From the IMG/VR virus record IMGVR_UViG_3300015158_000001, positions 1 through 62,354 of that record: DNA of 62,354 nucleotides; one strand, 5' to 3'. The stretch comes from a virus (Duplodnaviria > Caudoviricetes). The translations under genes were made by a program, and so were the position numbers. How positions within the stretch are numbered: position 1 is the stretch's first letter; the number at the start of each line of letters is the position of its first letter. A model generated the notes under the pieces. That model made no database searches and was not told the DNA's origin. It saw nothing but the letters and a program-made list of their open reading frames with translations. This document shows, in pieces, positions 39,022-49,267 of this stretch.

Positions 39022-39594
39022 ATGACCGTCCAGACGTTCCCGACGCTTGCTGGCCTCGGCTTCCCAGTTAAGCGCACACCGATCCATTCGACGACGCCGC
39101 AGGTCGCCTGGTCGGGGAAGGACAGCCGCCGCAGCAATTGGACCTACCCGAAGCACCGCTACGAGCTCGTCTTTGACCTGCTGCGCTCGGACAGCAACGC
39201 CGAGTGGCAGACGCTGATCGGCTTCTTCAACAAGTGTCACGGCTCGGCGGCGGTCTTCAAATTCCTCGATCCGGACGACAACACGGCGACCGCGCAGCAG
39301 ATCGGCATCGGCGATGGCGTCACGACCACGTTCCAGCTGGTGCGCACGCTCGGCGGCTTCGTCGAGCCGGTGTTTTCGCCGATCTCGCCCGTGGTGTCGG
39401 GCGCCGGCCTTTACTCGGTCGACGCCTCGGGGCTCGTGACCTTCAGCCTGCCGCCGTCGATCGGTGCGGCGATCACCTGGAGCGGGACGTTTAACTGGCT
39501 CTGCCGGTTCGATAGCGACGAGCTGGAGTTCGACAAGTTTATGAATCAGATGTGGAGCGTCGGGAAGGTCAGTTTTACGACGGTGAAGCCGTGA
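39022..39594 (+). CDS. Distal tail protein (DUF2460, GTA-like)
   Basis: FKFLDPDD...IGIGDGVTTTFQLVRT...CRFDSD. Confidence 0.85.
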   Translation: MTVQTFPTLAGLGFPVKRTPIHSTTPQVAWSGKDSRRSNWTYPKHRYELVFDLLRSDSNAEWQTLIGFFNKCHGSAAVFKFLDPDDNTATAQQIGIGDGVTTTFQLVRTLGGFVEPVFSPISPVVSGAGLYSVDASGLVTFSLPPSIGAAITWSGTFNWLCRFDSDELEFDKFMNQMWSVGKVSFTTVKP

Positions 39595-40496
39595 AGCCCG
39601 CCTCCGACGCACTGATCACGCTGCTGCTGTCCAAGGTCTTCGAGCGCGCCGATCTTTACACGTTCACGCTTGTGAACGGTTCGGTGCTGCGCTACGCCGC
39701 GCTCGATGTCGACGTGATCTCGGGCGGCAACCGGTATCTCTCGAACCCGCCGATCGAGCGCAAGGACGCGCGGCCGACGGCGCACTGGAAGGCGGGCGTC
39801 GACACCGACACCTGGGCGGTGCACGTCATCCCGCGCCAAGCCGACGTGATTACCGGCGCCGCACTGCCCGACCAGCTCAACAACCAGCCATGGATGGCGG
39901 CGGTAAAGGCCGGTGCGCTCGACGGCGCGACCGCGCGCGTCGACCGCGCCTATTTCGGAGCGTGGCCCGATCCCTGGACGCCGACCGTTACGCCGGTCGG
40001 GACGATCAACATCTTCTCTGGTCGTGTCGCCGAAGTCGACTTCACGCGGGTGAGCGCGATCATCACGATCAATAGCTGGATGGAATTGCTCACACAGGAG
40101 ATGCCGCGCAACCTGTTCCAGTCGGGCTGCCGGTTCACGCTGTTCGGCACCGGCTGTTCGCTCAATGCGGCAACCTTCGCGGTCAATGGCGCGGTCGGAA
40201 GCGGATCGACGCCGAGCACCATCAACGCCTCGCTGGGCCACGCCGCCGGTTACTACGATCTCGGCCGCATCGTAATGACCTCGGGATTGAACGCGACGTT
40301 CTCACGCGGCGTGCGCTCCTGGGACGGTACGACGCTCAAGCTGCGGGCGCCGTTCCCGTTCGCGATCGGGACGGGGGATACGTTCACGATTTACGCCGGA
40401 TGTGACAAGCAGCTGACCACGTGCACCACCAAATTCAGCAACGCGGCCAACTTCGGCGGCACGGACCTGATCCCGGCGCCGGAGAACGCGGTATAG
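39591..40496 (+). CDS. Baseplate hub (DUF2163/BR0599, GTA-like)
   Basis: CRFTLFGTGC...GCDKQLTTCTTKFSNAANFGG. Confidence 0.85.
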   Translation: MKPASDALITLLLSKVFERADLYTFTLVNGSVLRYAALDVDVISGGNRYLSNPPIERKDARPTAHWKAGVDTDTWAVHVIPRQADVITGAALPDQLNNQPWMAAVKAGALDGATARVDRAYFGAWPDPWTPTVTPVGTINIFSGRVAEVDFTRVSAIITINSWMELLTQEMPRNLFQSGCRFTLFGTGCSLNAATFAVNGAVGSGSTPSTINASLGHAAGYYDLGRIVMTSGLNATFSRGVRSWDGTTLKLRAPFPFAIGTGDTFTIYAGCDKQLTTCTTKFSNAANFGGTDLIPAPENAV

Positions 40497-40503
40497 TCGC
40501 ATC

Positions 40504-40749
40504 ATGAGCGATCGCCTTGCCGCAGATGCCGTTGCCTTCGTCAAAGGTCCGTTGAAGGCGTTCCTCCGGCCCACGCGGCCCACTGGACCGCTAGTCGGAG
40601 AGCTAACCAAGAAGCCGGCGCGTGTCCTGCCGACCGATCCCATTCGCGTGGGCGATGTCGTGAAGTTCAACGGTCGCAAGATGGCCGTCGCGGGCAAAAA
40701 CGCTCACTCGCTCATCTTAGCCGACGGATCGACGATCACCTTCGCGTAG
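40504..40749 (+). CDS. small inserted hypothetical protein
   Basis: Lies between the hub and NlpC genes. Confidence 0.4.
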   Translation: MSDRLAADAVAFVKGPLKAFLRPTRPTGPLVGELTKKPARVLPTDPIRVGDVVKFNGRKMAVAGKNAHSLILADGSTITFA

Positions 40750-40779
40750 TCGCGCCTTTCCAACCCCATCGCAGGCCTC

Positions 40780-41217
40780 ATGACCGACACCGAGCGTGAG
40801 CAGCGCGCGCGCGTTGCCGCGCTCACGCGCGAATGGATCGGGACGCCGTACCGCAACAATGCGCGGCTCAAGGGCACCGGCGCCGACTGCACGTTCTTTG
40901 CGGTGGTGTATGCCGAGGCCGGGCTGATCCCGGCGCTCGACATCGAGCACTATTCGCCGCAGTTCGGACTTCATCGCAGCGAGGAACGCTACCTCGAAGC
41001 GGTGCTGGCGCACGCGGTCGAGACCGACACGCCGCAGATGGGCGATGTCGCGCTCTACAAATGGGGCCGCGTGTTCTCGCATGGCGGCGTCGTCGTCGAT
41101 CCGGGCTGGCCGACGATCGTCCATGCCGAGGCCAACGCGCGCTTCGTGATCGAGGCGAATGGCGAGGGCGGGCGGCTCGGCGATGCGCCGCGCAAATTCT
41201 TCACGCTGTGGCCCTGA
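40780..41217 (+). CDS. NlpC/P60 tail-tip peptidase
   Basis: WIGTPY...GADC...SHGG...IVHA. Confidence 0.9.
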   Translation: MTDTEREQRARVAALTREWIGTPYRNNARLKGTGADCTFFAVVYAEAGLIPALDIEHYSPQFGLHRSEERYLEAVLAHAVETDTPQMGDVALYKWGRVFSHGGVVVDPGWPTIVHAEANARFVIEANGEGGRLGDAPRKFFTLWP

Positions 41218-41220
41218 CCG

Positions 41221-44200
41221 ATGGCCAGCTTCTTCGGGTCGGGGAATGGCGCGAGCACGCCGACCAAAGACGTCGCGCTGCGCGTCCAGTCGTCGCTGCA
41301 GGGAAAGCCGATCCCGATCCTCTGGGGTCAGACCCGCATCGCCGGCAATCTGATCTGGGAAAATGACTTTCGCGCGATCCCGGCGAGCGGTGCGGCGGGC
41401 GGCAAGGGTGGCGTCTTCGGCGCCGGCTCCACCACCGGCTATGAATATCTCGTCAACATCGCGCTCGCGATCTGCGAAGGCCCGGTCGCCTCCATCAACT
41501 CGGTCTGGAAAGACCAGGCACACCAGACGCTCCAATCGCTCAATCTCACCACGTTTCTCGGAACGTATACACAGACGGCATGGGGGCTCGTCTCCAGCCT
41601 GCACCCGACCGAGGCGCGCAACTATCGCGGCCTTGCCTATGTGGCGGCCGGTCCGCTGCAGCTCGGTTCATCGTCCAGCATTCCCAACCTCAATTACGAG
41701 GTGAAGGCGGCGATCGCCGACGGCATTCCCGGCCTGCCCGACGCCGATCCGTCAGCGGTCGTCACCGATTTCCTGACCAACGCCCACTACGGGCTCTCGG
41801 CCTCGTTCCCGGTCGGCGACCTCACGGTCTATTCGAATTACGCCCGGGCGATGGGCCTGGTGGTGTCGCCGGCGCTCACCAGCCGGACGGCCGCAAGCGC
41901 GTTCCTGCGCGATCTCCTCGACGCCACCAACAGCGAGGCGGTGTGGTCGTCGGGCGCGCTCAAGATCGTGCCCTACGGCGACCAGGACGTCTCGGCGAAC
42001 GGGGCGACATACACCGCACCGTTCGAACCCGAATACGATCTCACCGAAGACGACTTCCTGCCCGGCCAGTCGAGCGACGGCCCGGTCGTCGGCGTGCGCA
42101 AGCGCCAGTCGGATTCGCTCAACCAGATCCTCGTCGAATTCCTCGACGCCACGAGCAACTACAACCCGGCGATCGCCGAGGCCAAGGACGACGCGGCGAT
42201 CAACGACTTCGGCCTGCGTTCGGCGCCGACGAAATCGTTTCATCTGTTCTGCAATGCGGCAGCCGCCGGCGTCTCGGCGTCCCTGCTGCTCGGCCGCCAG
42301 GCGATCCGCAACGAATACACCTTCACACTCGGCGAGGAGTTCGTCCTCCTCGAGCCGATGGACATCGTCTCGCTCACCGACATCGACGCCGGGCTATCGC
42401 GCCAATGGGTGCGCATTCTCGACATCCAGGAGAATGCGGACTTCTCGCTCACCTTCACGGCGGAGGAATATCTCGCCGGCACGGCGCATGCCCCGCATTA
42501 CGGCATGCAGGCGAACACCGGCCGGGTGCGCGACTTCAACGCCGATCCGGGCAGCGTCAATACGCCGGTGATCTTCGAGCCGACGGGCGCGATGATCCCG
42601 GGGCCCGAGGTGTGGCTCGCGCTCTCCGGCGCCGCCGGCTCCGTCTGGGGCGGCGCCGAAGTCTGGTACTCCTGGGACAATACCAGCTACGCCAAAGCTG
42701 GAACTGTCATCGGGCCGGCCATCACAGGCGTTCTGGCGCAGACCTTCGCGACGGTCGCGGTCGCGGCCGCAGGCCCAACGGTCGACCAGACCAACATCTG
42801 CCACGTCGATCTCTCCTCGAGCGGGGGCGAGCTCACGTCGTCGTCGCTCGACGCGACCTTGATGCTCGACCAGCTCTGCTTCGTCGACGGCGAATTCATC
42901 TCCTTCCAAAACGCCAAGCTGGTCGGGACCGAGCTTTACGATCTCACCTACATGGTGCGCGGTGCCTTCGACCCCGAGAACCATATCGTTTCCCATGCGG
43001 CGGGCTCGCCCTTTACCCGCGTCGACGATCGCATCTTCCGGTTCCCGTACACGCCCGACAAGATCGGGGCGACGCTCTACCTGAAATTCCTCTCGTTCAA
43101 TCTGTGGGGCGGCGGTACCCAGCAGCTCTCGGACGTCGGCGCCTATCAGCACGTCATCGGCGGCACCTGGCAGACCGGCACGCTCGGGTCCACGGTCACG
43201 AACTTCAACGTATCGAACGTCGCGCTCAACGGCGCCGGCGGCCTCGTTCAGCCCGGGATCCTCTGCACCTGGGACCCGGTCAGCGACAAGACGGTCAAAT
43301 CCGTCGTCGTGTCCTACAACATCAAGAACGACACCGCCGTCCAGCAGGCGAAGTTCCTGCCGGGCCCGGGCGTCGGCACGATCTCGGGGGTGCACCCCGC
43401 GACCATCTACCAGCTCAAGGCGACGATCGACGTCACGCCGAGCCGGCCGACCACGTTCACCTCGACCAAGGAGATCACCACCGGCGCCACCCAAATCGTC
43501 CAGCAGGCCGCGAAGGTGATCCCGGGCGGGATCGACAACAGCCAGTTCGCGGCCGACCTGGCCGCGACGATCGCGCTGGTCACGCCGACGCATCTGCTGG
43601 CTGTCAGCACGGACATTCTGGCAAATTCGACGGCGTCCACCGTCACCACGCTCCAGCAGACGGTCACGAGCAACTACAACACGCTGAACGCGGCCGTCGT
43701 CAGCGAGGCCGCGCTCCGGGTCACCAACGACAGCGCGCTATCAGCGACCCTCGATACGCTAACCGCCACTGTCAATGGCAACTTCAATTACACTAATGCT
43801 ACAATTACGAACGAGCAGACCGCGCGTGCGAGCGGCGATGCCGCGAACGCAACGACCATCACCAATCTCACGACCACGGTGAACGGCCATTCCTCGACAC
43901 TCCAGGTCTATGGCCAGTCGATCGACGGACTAAATTCGGAGTTCGGCGTCACCATCGCCTTCGACAATGTCATCGGCGGCTTCAAACTCACCGGCATCAA
44001 GCAGAACGCGACCGGCTCACCGGTTGTCACGTTCCTGCTCGATGGCGACTTCGTCACCAACGGGACGATCACCGGGCCGAAGATCAAAGCGGGACAAATC
44101 TCGGCCAGTCACGTCGGCACCAACCTTCTTGTCACGAACTCCGCCAATATCGGCACGGCGACGATCAATACCCTGCATGCGGTCGGGGAGGCGTGGACCG

Positions 44201-44625
44201 CAATCCGGTATGCGGTGGGATCGAACGTCGACGCGCAGCAGCACACCAATAGCGTGCAGGACCTCGTCAGCATTACGAAGACGATCACCGACGGCACCGT
44301 CGTGTTGCTGGCGTCGTTCGATATCCCGCGACCGTCAAAGCCGGTCACGTTGTCGTTGCGGTTGAAGGTTGACGGGAACGCGGTGGAAGATCGCGCAACC
44401 CAGATTGGCATCTACGACTCCGACCCGGGCGGCGGGGGCCAACTCGTGGCCTGTCACGGCGGAACCTACACAGCGCAGTACGTCGCAACCGGCCTGTCCA
44501 ACGCATCGCACACGTTCGCGCTGTCTGCGGTCATCGGCGACACATCGTTTGCCGGAGGAACGCAGATCGGTTCGACGTGCACCCTGACGCGTCCGACCAT
44601 CACGATCCTGGAGCCGAAGCGATGA
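41221..44625 (+). CDS. Central tail-tip/host-specificity protein (GTA megatron/gpJ-like)
   Basis: GKPIPILWGQTRIAGNLIW, YRGLAY, LEPMD; C-terminal coiled coil and GTITGPKI. Confidence 0.85.
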   Translation: MASFFGSGNGASTPTKDVALRVQSSLQGKPIPILWGQTRIAGNLIWENDFRAIPASGAAGGKGGVFGAGSTTGYEYLVNIALAICEGPVASINSVWKDQAHQTLQSLNLTTFLGTYTQTAWGLVSSLHPTEARNYRGLAYVAAGPLQLGSSSSIPNLNYEVKAAIADGIPGLPDADPSAVVTDFLTNAHYGLSASFPVGDLTVYSNYARAMGLVVSPALTSRTAASAFLRDLLDATNSEAVWSSGALKIVPYGDQDVSANGATYTAPFEPEYDLTEDDFLPGQSSDGPVVGVRKRQSDSLNQILVEFLDATSNYNPAIAEAKDDAAINDFGLRSAPTKSFHLFCNAAAAGVSASLLLGRQAIRNEYTFTLGEEFVLLEPMDIVSLTDIDAGLSRQWVRILDIQENADFSLTFTAEEYLAGTAHAPHYGMQANTGRVRDFNADPGSVNTPVIFEPTGAMIPGPEVWLALSGAAGSVWGGAEVWYSWDNTSYAKAGTVIGPAITGVLAQTFATVAVAAAGPTVDQTNICHVDLSSSGGELTSSSLDATLMLDQLCFVDGEFISFQNAKLVGTELYDLTYMVRGAFDPENHIVSHAAGSPFTRVDDRIFRFPYTPDKIGATLYLKFLSFNLWGGGTQQLSDVGAYQHVIGGTWQTGTLGSTVTNFNVSNVALNGAGGLVQPGILCTWDPVSDKTVKSVVVSYNIKNDTAVQQAKFLPGPGVGTISGVHPATIYQLKATIDVTPSRPTTFTSTKEITTGATQIVQQAAKVIPGGIDNSQFAADLAATIALVTPTHLLAVSTDILANSTASTVTTLQQTVTSNYNTLNAAVVSEAALRVTNDSALSATLDTLTATVNGNFNYTNATITNEQTARASGDAANATTITNLTTTVNGHSSTLQVYGQSIDGLNSEFGVTIAFDNVIGGFKLTGIKQNATGSPVVTFLLDGDFVTNGTITGPKIKAGQISASHVGTNLLVTNSANIGTATINTLHAVGEAWTAIRYAVGSNVDAQQHTNSVQDLVSITKTITDGTVVLLASFDIPRPSKPVTLSLRLKVDGNAVEDRATQIGIYDSDPGGGGQLVACHGGTYTAQYVATGLSNASHTFALSAVIGDTSFAGGTQIGSTCTLTRPTITILEPKR

Positions 44626-44789
44626 TGTTTGTGTTTTTCGTCGTATTCGATCTGACGACGGGGAAGATATTGCGCACCGGCACGGCATCCCCTGAGGATG
44701 TGGCAGCGCAAGCCGGCCTCTACGAAGCGGCACGCGTGATCGCGTTCGACGAAGCTGCGCACGATCTCAAAATCATCATTCCCGAATAA
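44622..44789 (+). CDS. small tail-associated protein
   Basis: VFDLTTGKILRTG; ATGA overlap. Confidence 0.45.
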   Translation: MMFVFFVVFDLTTGKILRTGTASPEDVAAQAGLYEAARVIAFDEAAHDLKIIIPE

Positions 44790-44815
44790 GCGCCTTCACC
44801 GGCCCGGAGCAACGC

Positions 44816-45133
44816 ATGCCCAAGATGACAGTCGCAATCGAAGTCGAGGCGACCCCCGAGCTCGTGGAAGATCACCTGCGCAAGTACGCCGACACGATCT
44901 CGGCTGCGGGCGCATTTCCGGTTCCGGCCGGAACGATGGTGGATCTCAAGCCCGAGGTCACGGCCGCGGTCGGCGCGCTCCCCGGCGCCAAGGTCCTTAT
45001 CGTCGAAGCCTCGCAGCGATCGCCGAACGCGTTCATTGCCTTCGTCAAGGCGGCGGGCGGGTTCGGTGTGTTCTGGGGCATGGCCGCGCAGATCGTGCTG
45101 CCCGAGGCGGCGGTCGAGCAGAAAACAGACTGA
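44816..45133 (+). CDS. hypothetical protein
   Basis: GGAG RBS. Confidence 0.55.
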   Translation: MPKMTVAIEVEATPELVEDHLRKYADTISAAGAFPVPAGTMVDLKPEVTAAVGALPGAKVLIVEASQRSPNAFIAFVKAAGGFGVFWGMAAQIVLPEAAVEQKTD

Positions 45134-45348
45134 TGCGCAGCGCCCCTGTGGCGCTGGCGGTCGCCGGCGCGCTCAACTTTGCCTTCATGGTCGTGTCGGC
45201 GGCCGCTCCGGAAATTCGCCGGACAGCGGACATGAGCCGCGACGTGACGCAGGCTGTGCGCGCCCAACGCGGTGACACACCTGCCGCCCCGGCTCCGCAG
45301 CGCGGCGCCAAGCCCGCGCGCTGATCCTTCCATAGAACGAGGCCTTCC

Positions 45349-46617
45349 ATGCTCTCCGATAAACTTGTAGGCGCGGCCGTTGCCGTCGCCAAGCGCAATG
45401 CGATTCGCCCGGCCGGCTTCCTTGCCCTCATTGAAGTGGAAACCAACGGGCAGCCGTTCGAGCCCGACGGGCTGACGCCGCGATTCCTGTTCGAGCGGCA
45501 CAAGTTCTTCAGCGAGCTCAAGGCCCATCAGCCCGGCAAGCTTGCAAAGGCTACCGCCGCAGGCCTCGCCATCCCGGCCTGGTCGCCGAAGACCCAATAT
45601 AAGGACGAGCGGGACGGCAAGGCGCGTGCGGCGTTGCTCGCACGTGCGGCCGCGATCGATCCCGAATGTGCGCACCGCGCCTGCTCCTGGGGTCTCGGCC
45701 AGATCATGGGCTTCGAGGCGGAGCACCTCGGGTATCCGAACGCGATCGAGATGGTGCGGTCGATGCGGGTGGGCGGCGCGGAAGCACAGCTCGACGCGAT
45801 CGCGCGGTTCCTCAAATCCAAGAAGATCATCGATGCGCTCAATGCCGGCGATCATTGCACGGTCGGCGCGCATTGCCATAACTATGCCGACGTCGCGCTG
45901 CGCTACAACGGCGCGCAATTCGCCCAGCACAATTACGACGGCCGCCTCGCCGATGCCGACAAGCGCTGGGAGCGCAAGCTTGGCCTCATGGGCGTGAGCC
46001 TCGCCCCGGATGCCCCGAGCGAGCCCACGCGCCCCGTGCCGCCCGAGCAGATGCTCACCGGCGCGATGGTGCAGGAGGTTCAAAACAAGCTCCGCGCGCT
46101 GGGTTATGCGGAAGCGGGGCTCCCAGACGGCAAATGGGACACCAAGACCACGGCCGCGATCGCGGCGTTCCAGGCGCACGAGGGTCTGCCCGTCAACGGC
46201 TCCTATGACGACGCGACGCAGGCCGCTCTGGTCGTCGCCGAGCCGCGCCCTGTCACGCGTGACCGCGCAACCGCGACCGCGGACGATCTCGAGGAGGCCG
46301 GCTCGAAAACCGTCATCCTAGCCAAGAAGCAGTCCTTCCTCGGCAAGGTGATGGCCTGGCTCGGCTTCGGCGGCGCCGGCGGCGGTATAGCCGACACATC
46401 CGGCGCGCTCGACAAGGTGAAGGACCTCACCGACCACGCCTCGACCGCGCGCGAGATTGTCACCAGCGTGCAGAGCTTGATGCCGGCGCCCAGCGTCATT
46501 TTGGTGTGCGTGTTCATCGCCGGGTTCGGGATCGGCATCGTTTATCTGGCGCACTGGATCATCCAGCGCCGCGTCGCGGATCACAATTCCGGGGTGCACG
46601 CCGGGGCGGTGTCCTGA
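45349..46617 (+). CDS. Endolysin: N-acetylmuramidase (DUF3380-like), PG-binding domain and C-terminal membrane segments
   Basis: VETNG, LFERHKF, SWGLGQIMG, YNG; DGKWDTKTTAAIAAFQ. Confidence 0.9.
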   Translation: MLSDKLVGAAVAVAKRNAIRPAGFLALIEVETNGQPFEPDGLTPRFLFERHKFFSELKAHQPGKLAKATAAGLAIPAWSPKTQYKDERDGKARAALLARAAAIDPECAHRACSWGLGQIMGFEAEHLGYPNAIEMVRSMRVGGAEAQLDAIARFLKSKKIIDALNAGDHCTVGAHCHNYADVALRYNGAQFAQHNYDGRLADADKRWERKLGLMGVSLAPDAPSEPTRPVPPEQMLTGAMVQEVQNKLRALGYAEAGLPDGKWDTKTTAAIAAFQAHEGLPVNGSYDDATQAALVVAEPRPVTRDRATATADDLEEAGSKTVILAKKQSFLGKVMAWLGFGGAGGGIADTSGALDKVKDLTDHASTAREIVTSVQSLMPAPSVILVCVFIAGFGIGIVYLAHWIIQRRVADHNSGVHAGAVS

Positions 46618-47063
46618 TGCTCTCCGTTCTCGCGACAGCAATCTTTTCCGGCCGGCAGATCGTCACCGGGCTGATCAGCTTCTTTTCAACGCCGCTCGGG
46701 CAGGTCGTGGCGATCGCCGGCGCGCTGGTCATGACCGCGATCGGCACCGATGTGCATGCGCGCGTCCGCGATCATGCGGTGTGCGAGCAGCGCATCACGC
46801 TCAACAATTCGGCCTGGCAGAAGCGCGAGCGCGACGCCGCGGCCGCCTACGAGGATTCGCGCGTCACGCGTGACAGAGAGATCGGCGACCAGGTCCGCGC
46901 CGGCGTCGATCGCCAGCTGCTCGATCAGAAGGCTCGCGTCGCCGCCCTCGATGGCGAGGTGGCAAAATATGCAAAGGAACACCCGAATGCGTCTCCGGCT
47001 TGCCGCGTTTCTGACGATCTTGTCCGCCGTCGTGACGGCTTGCTCGGCCGATCTAAAAAGTAA
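46617..47063 (+). CDS. i-spanin (Rz-like)
   Basis: N-terminal TM plus coiled coil with a C-terminal Cys; after the endolysin. Confidence 0.65.
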   Translation: MLSVLATAIFSGRQIVTGLISFFSTPLGQVVAIAGALVMTAIGTDVHARVRDHAVCEQRITLNNSAWQKRERDAAAAYEDSRVTRDREIGDQVRAGVDRQLLDQKARVAALDGEVAKYAKEHPNASPACRVSDDLVRRRDGLLGRSKK

Positions 47064-47304
47064 GCTGCCGGCGCCATCGACCGAGCGGCTCGATCTCTCG
47101 GTCGCTATTCCGGCCGAATGCAAGCGCCTGGCCGGGGCCGTGGATCATCCCGTGATGCGCCGAGACGACGACGCCGAGCTCCTGATCATCCGCTACGCGG
47201 CCGCGCTGGAAATCGCCAACGGCAGGATCGGAGCACAGGCCTGGTGCGTCGCGGACCTGCGCGCGCGGTACGCGAACTATGCCGCGAGAGCGGCGAGGAA
47301 ATAG
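46987..47304 (+). CDS. o-spanin (Rz1-like lipoprotein)
   Basis: MRLRLAAFLTILSAVVTAC lipobox; overlaps the i-spanin. Confidence 0.7.
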   Translation: MRLRLAAFLTILSAVVTACSADLKSKLPAPSTERLDLSVAIPAECKRLAGAVDHPVMRRDDDAELLIIRYAAALEIANGRIGAQAWCVADLRARYANYAARAARK

Positions 47305-47306
47305 TC

Positions 47307-47642
47307 ATGGCCGGCAAGCTCGACGAAATCAGCGTCATGCTCGGCGGGTTGACCGCCGAAGTGAAGCATCTCGGCCAAACCATGAAGGACAATCGGGATG
47401 TGGCCGACCAGCGGCATGCCGAGAACAAGCAGCGTCTCGACAACATCGACACGACGCTCAGCACGCTCAGTCCCACCGTCGCCTGGATGAAGCCGATCGT
47501 GAAGAACTACCAGGTGACCCGCTGGAAGGTCATCGGCGGGCTCGCCGTCGTCGGTGTGATCATGTGGCTCCTAGGCTGGATCGTGTCGGCCTTCGCCGCG
47601 AAGCTGCTGGCGCTCATATGGTCGGCGGTGACGCGAACATGA
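47307..47642 (+). CDS. Holin-like protein (coiled coil plus C-terminal TM)
   Basis: Lysis cassette position and topology. Confidence 0.55.
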   Translation: MAGKLDEISVMLGGLTAEVKHLGQTMKDNRDVADQRHAENKQRLDNIDTTLSTLSPTVAWMKPIVKNYQVTRWKVIGGLAVVGVIMWLLGWIVSAFAAKLLALIWSAVTRT

Positions 47643-48028
47643 GCCTCGCCTGGCGCTGCGTCATTGCCGGGTTCGTGTTCGAGGCCGTGGTGATCGCGCT
47701 CGCGGTGTTGGCATCTATCGTGCCCGCGCCCGCTCAGGAACACCGTCATCCGACCGAAACCATCGCCGGCGCCACGGGCAAGTTCTACGAGACGTGGAAG
47801 CGTCCGGACATGCCCGACGTGTCCTGCTGCAACCTGATGGACTGCTACGCCACCCCCAGCCGTCACCACGGCGGCAAGGTGCAGGCGCTCCACCGGGAAA
47901 GCGGCGACTGGATCGATATTCCACCGAACAAGATCGAACTCAACCGCGACAGCCCCGATGGCCTTAGCCATCTGTGCGCGACCGCGTGGAAGTTCGTGTT
48001 TTGCTTCAAGGAAGGCGGCGGCACGTGA
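47639..48028 (+). CDS. Exported Cys-containing protein
   Basis: Signal anchor; SCCNLMDC...HLC...FCF. Confidence 0.6.
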   Translation: MSLAWRCVIAGFVFEAVVIALAVLASIVPAPAQEHRHPTETIAGATGKFYETWKRPDMPDVSCCNLMDCYATPSRHHGGKVQALHRESGDWIDIPPNKIELNRDSPDGLSHLCATAWKFVFCFKEGGGT

Positions 48029-48354
48029 GCCAAGTCAGCAGCAAACTTCGTCGCGGCGAGACACAATATTTCCATTGGTGCCCCGGCTGCAATGAAATGC
48101 ACCCGCTGCCGGACGGCTGGTCTTTCAACGGCGATCTTGAGCGGCCCACGTTCTCGCCGAGCTTCTCGCAGACATCAACACGGTACGAGAGCTACACCGA
48201 AGCGGGCATCGGGGTCGGTGAGCGGACCAAATTCGTCTGCCACTACATTCTGACCAATGGCGTGTTGAATTTTTGCGGAGACAGCATGCACGTGCTCGCC
48301 GGTCAGAGCGTTCCGCTGCCGCCGCTGCCGGAGGGTTTCACCGACGATCCCTGA
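48025..48354 (+). CDS. DUF6527-like protein
   Basis: WCPGC...WSFNGDLERPTFSPS...CHY...FCGDSMH.LAGQ. Confidence 0.65.
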   Translation: MSQVSSKLRRGETQYFHWCPGCNEMHPLPDGWSFNGDLERPTFSPSFSQTSTRYESYTEAGIGVGERTKFVCHYILTNGVLNFCGDSMHVLAGQSVPLPPLPEGFTDDP

Positions 48355-48396
48355 GTTTCGTTTAGGCTGCTCGATCCCTGTCTGAGCCGCCCGACT

Positions 48397-48434
48397 GCCC
48401 CGCCCTGGCCTCATGGCCGGGGCGGGCGCTTTTT
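48397..48434 (+). terminator. Terminator at the end of the late operon
   Basis: CCCGCCCTGGCC-TCAT-GGCCGGGGCGGG followed by TTTTT. Confidence 0.75.
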
Positions 48435-48439
48435 GCGTT

Positions 48440-48670
48440 TCAGGCCATGCGCTTCAGCAGCGCAGCCGCTTCTTTTTGTAAAAGCACCCGGCCGATCATC
48501 TGTTTCGGGATTTTCTTCGCCGTCTTCGCATCCAGCTCGTGTCCTTCGACGAACGTGCCGTCGAATCCAGCCTTCGCCGCCGCAAGCCTTGCGTAGACCA
48601 ATGAGGCCGCGTCCTGAATGAAGACGGCCGGCGCGCCGTTGCGGGTGTGGACGATCCAGAAGCTAGGCAT
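48440..48670 (-). CDS. hypothetical protein
   Basis: MPSFWIVH...; overlaps the upstream ORF. Confidence 0.6.
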   Translation of the reverse strand: MPSFWIVHTRNGAPAVFIQDAASLVYARLAAAKAGFDGTFVEGHELDAKTAKKIPKQMIGRVLLQKEAAALLKRMA

Positions 48671-48872
48671 TGGTGCGCGTGCCAATGATGGCAATCGCCT
48701 TCGCCAGCGCTTCGCCTTCGTCGAGGATCGAGAGGCCGGTGTATTCGCGGTCGGGCAGGGCGCCCGGCGGCATGTAGGTTTCGACCGCCTCGCGCACCAT
48801 GCGCAACGCCGTCCAGGCGTCGCGGTTGCCCTGGCGCATCGCTTCGTCTGCCGCACTGTGCTCCGCCATCAC
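48663..48872 (-). CDS. hypothetical protein
   Basis: GGAG RBS. Confidence 0.55.
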   Translation of the reverse strand: MMAEHSAADEAMRQGNRDAWTALRMVREAVETYMPPGALPDREYTGLSILDEGEALAKAIAIIGTRTNA

Positions 48873-48895
48873 TCAACTCCACGCTACCGACGGAT

Positions 48896-49267
48896 TCAAA
48901 CGTTAGTTGGGGGTGGCGGTTCCTCAATTTCACGGCCTTCGGGCATCCGATCGCCGACCATGAACATGTCGGCTTCCTCCATCGTATGGGCGTTGTAGAG
49001 CCGAACGTCCGTCGAACCGCATCCGTGCCGACCGCACCTGAACTTCATGGTATTGACCAGCGTCTTGTTGCCGCGTCGGATGTGCTCGCAATCATCACTG
49101 GTGAGAGCACTACGGCGTCCGCAAGCCTTGCACTCGATACAGAGCGCGCCGCCATTGATAGCGATTCGTTCGAAGGGGAGTTCGGGGCCATAGGACGGAG
49201 GGACGTGGCTCATCTCGCCCCGCGGACGAGACTTGCCTTGCTCGGCGTCATTTGGCGGGCGGGACAT
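48896..49267 (-). CDS. Zinc-ribbon protein
   Basis: CKAC...CGRHGC; coupled to the SRAP stop. Confidence 0.6.
   Translation of the reverse strand: MSRPPNDAEQGKSRPRGEMSHVPPSYGPELPFERIAINGGALCIECKACGRRSALTSDDCEHIRRGNKTLVNTMKFRCGRHGCGSTDVRLYNAHTMEEADMFMVGDRMPEGREIEEPPPPTNV

Noticed and set aside
28479-44625. A second VR in the fibre or tail-tip genes
   Set aside because: No TR-like sequence or GGSW/GARG motif was seen at their 3' ends by eye; a BLASTn of the TR against the window would settle it.
39022-44625. Gene transfer agent
   Set aside because: Only the tail tip is GTA-like; integrase, repressor and replication genes indicate a true temperate phage.
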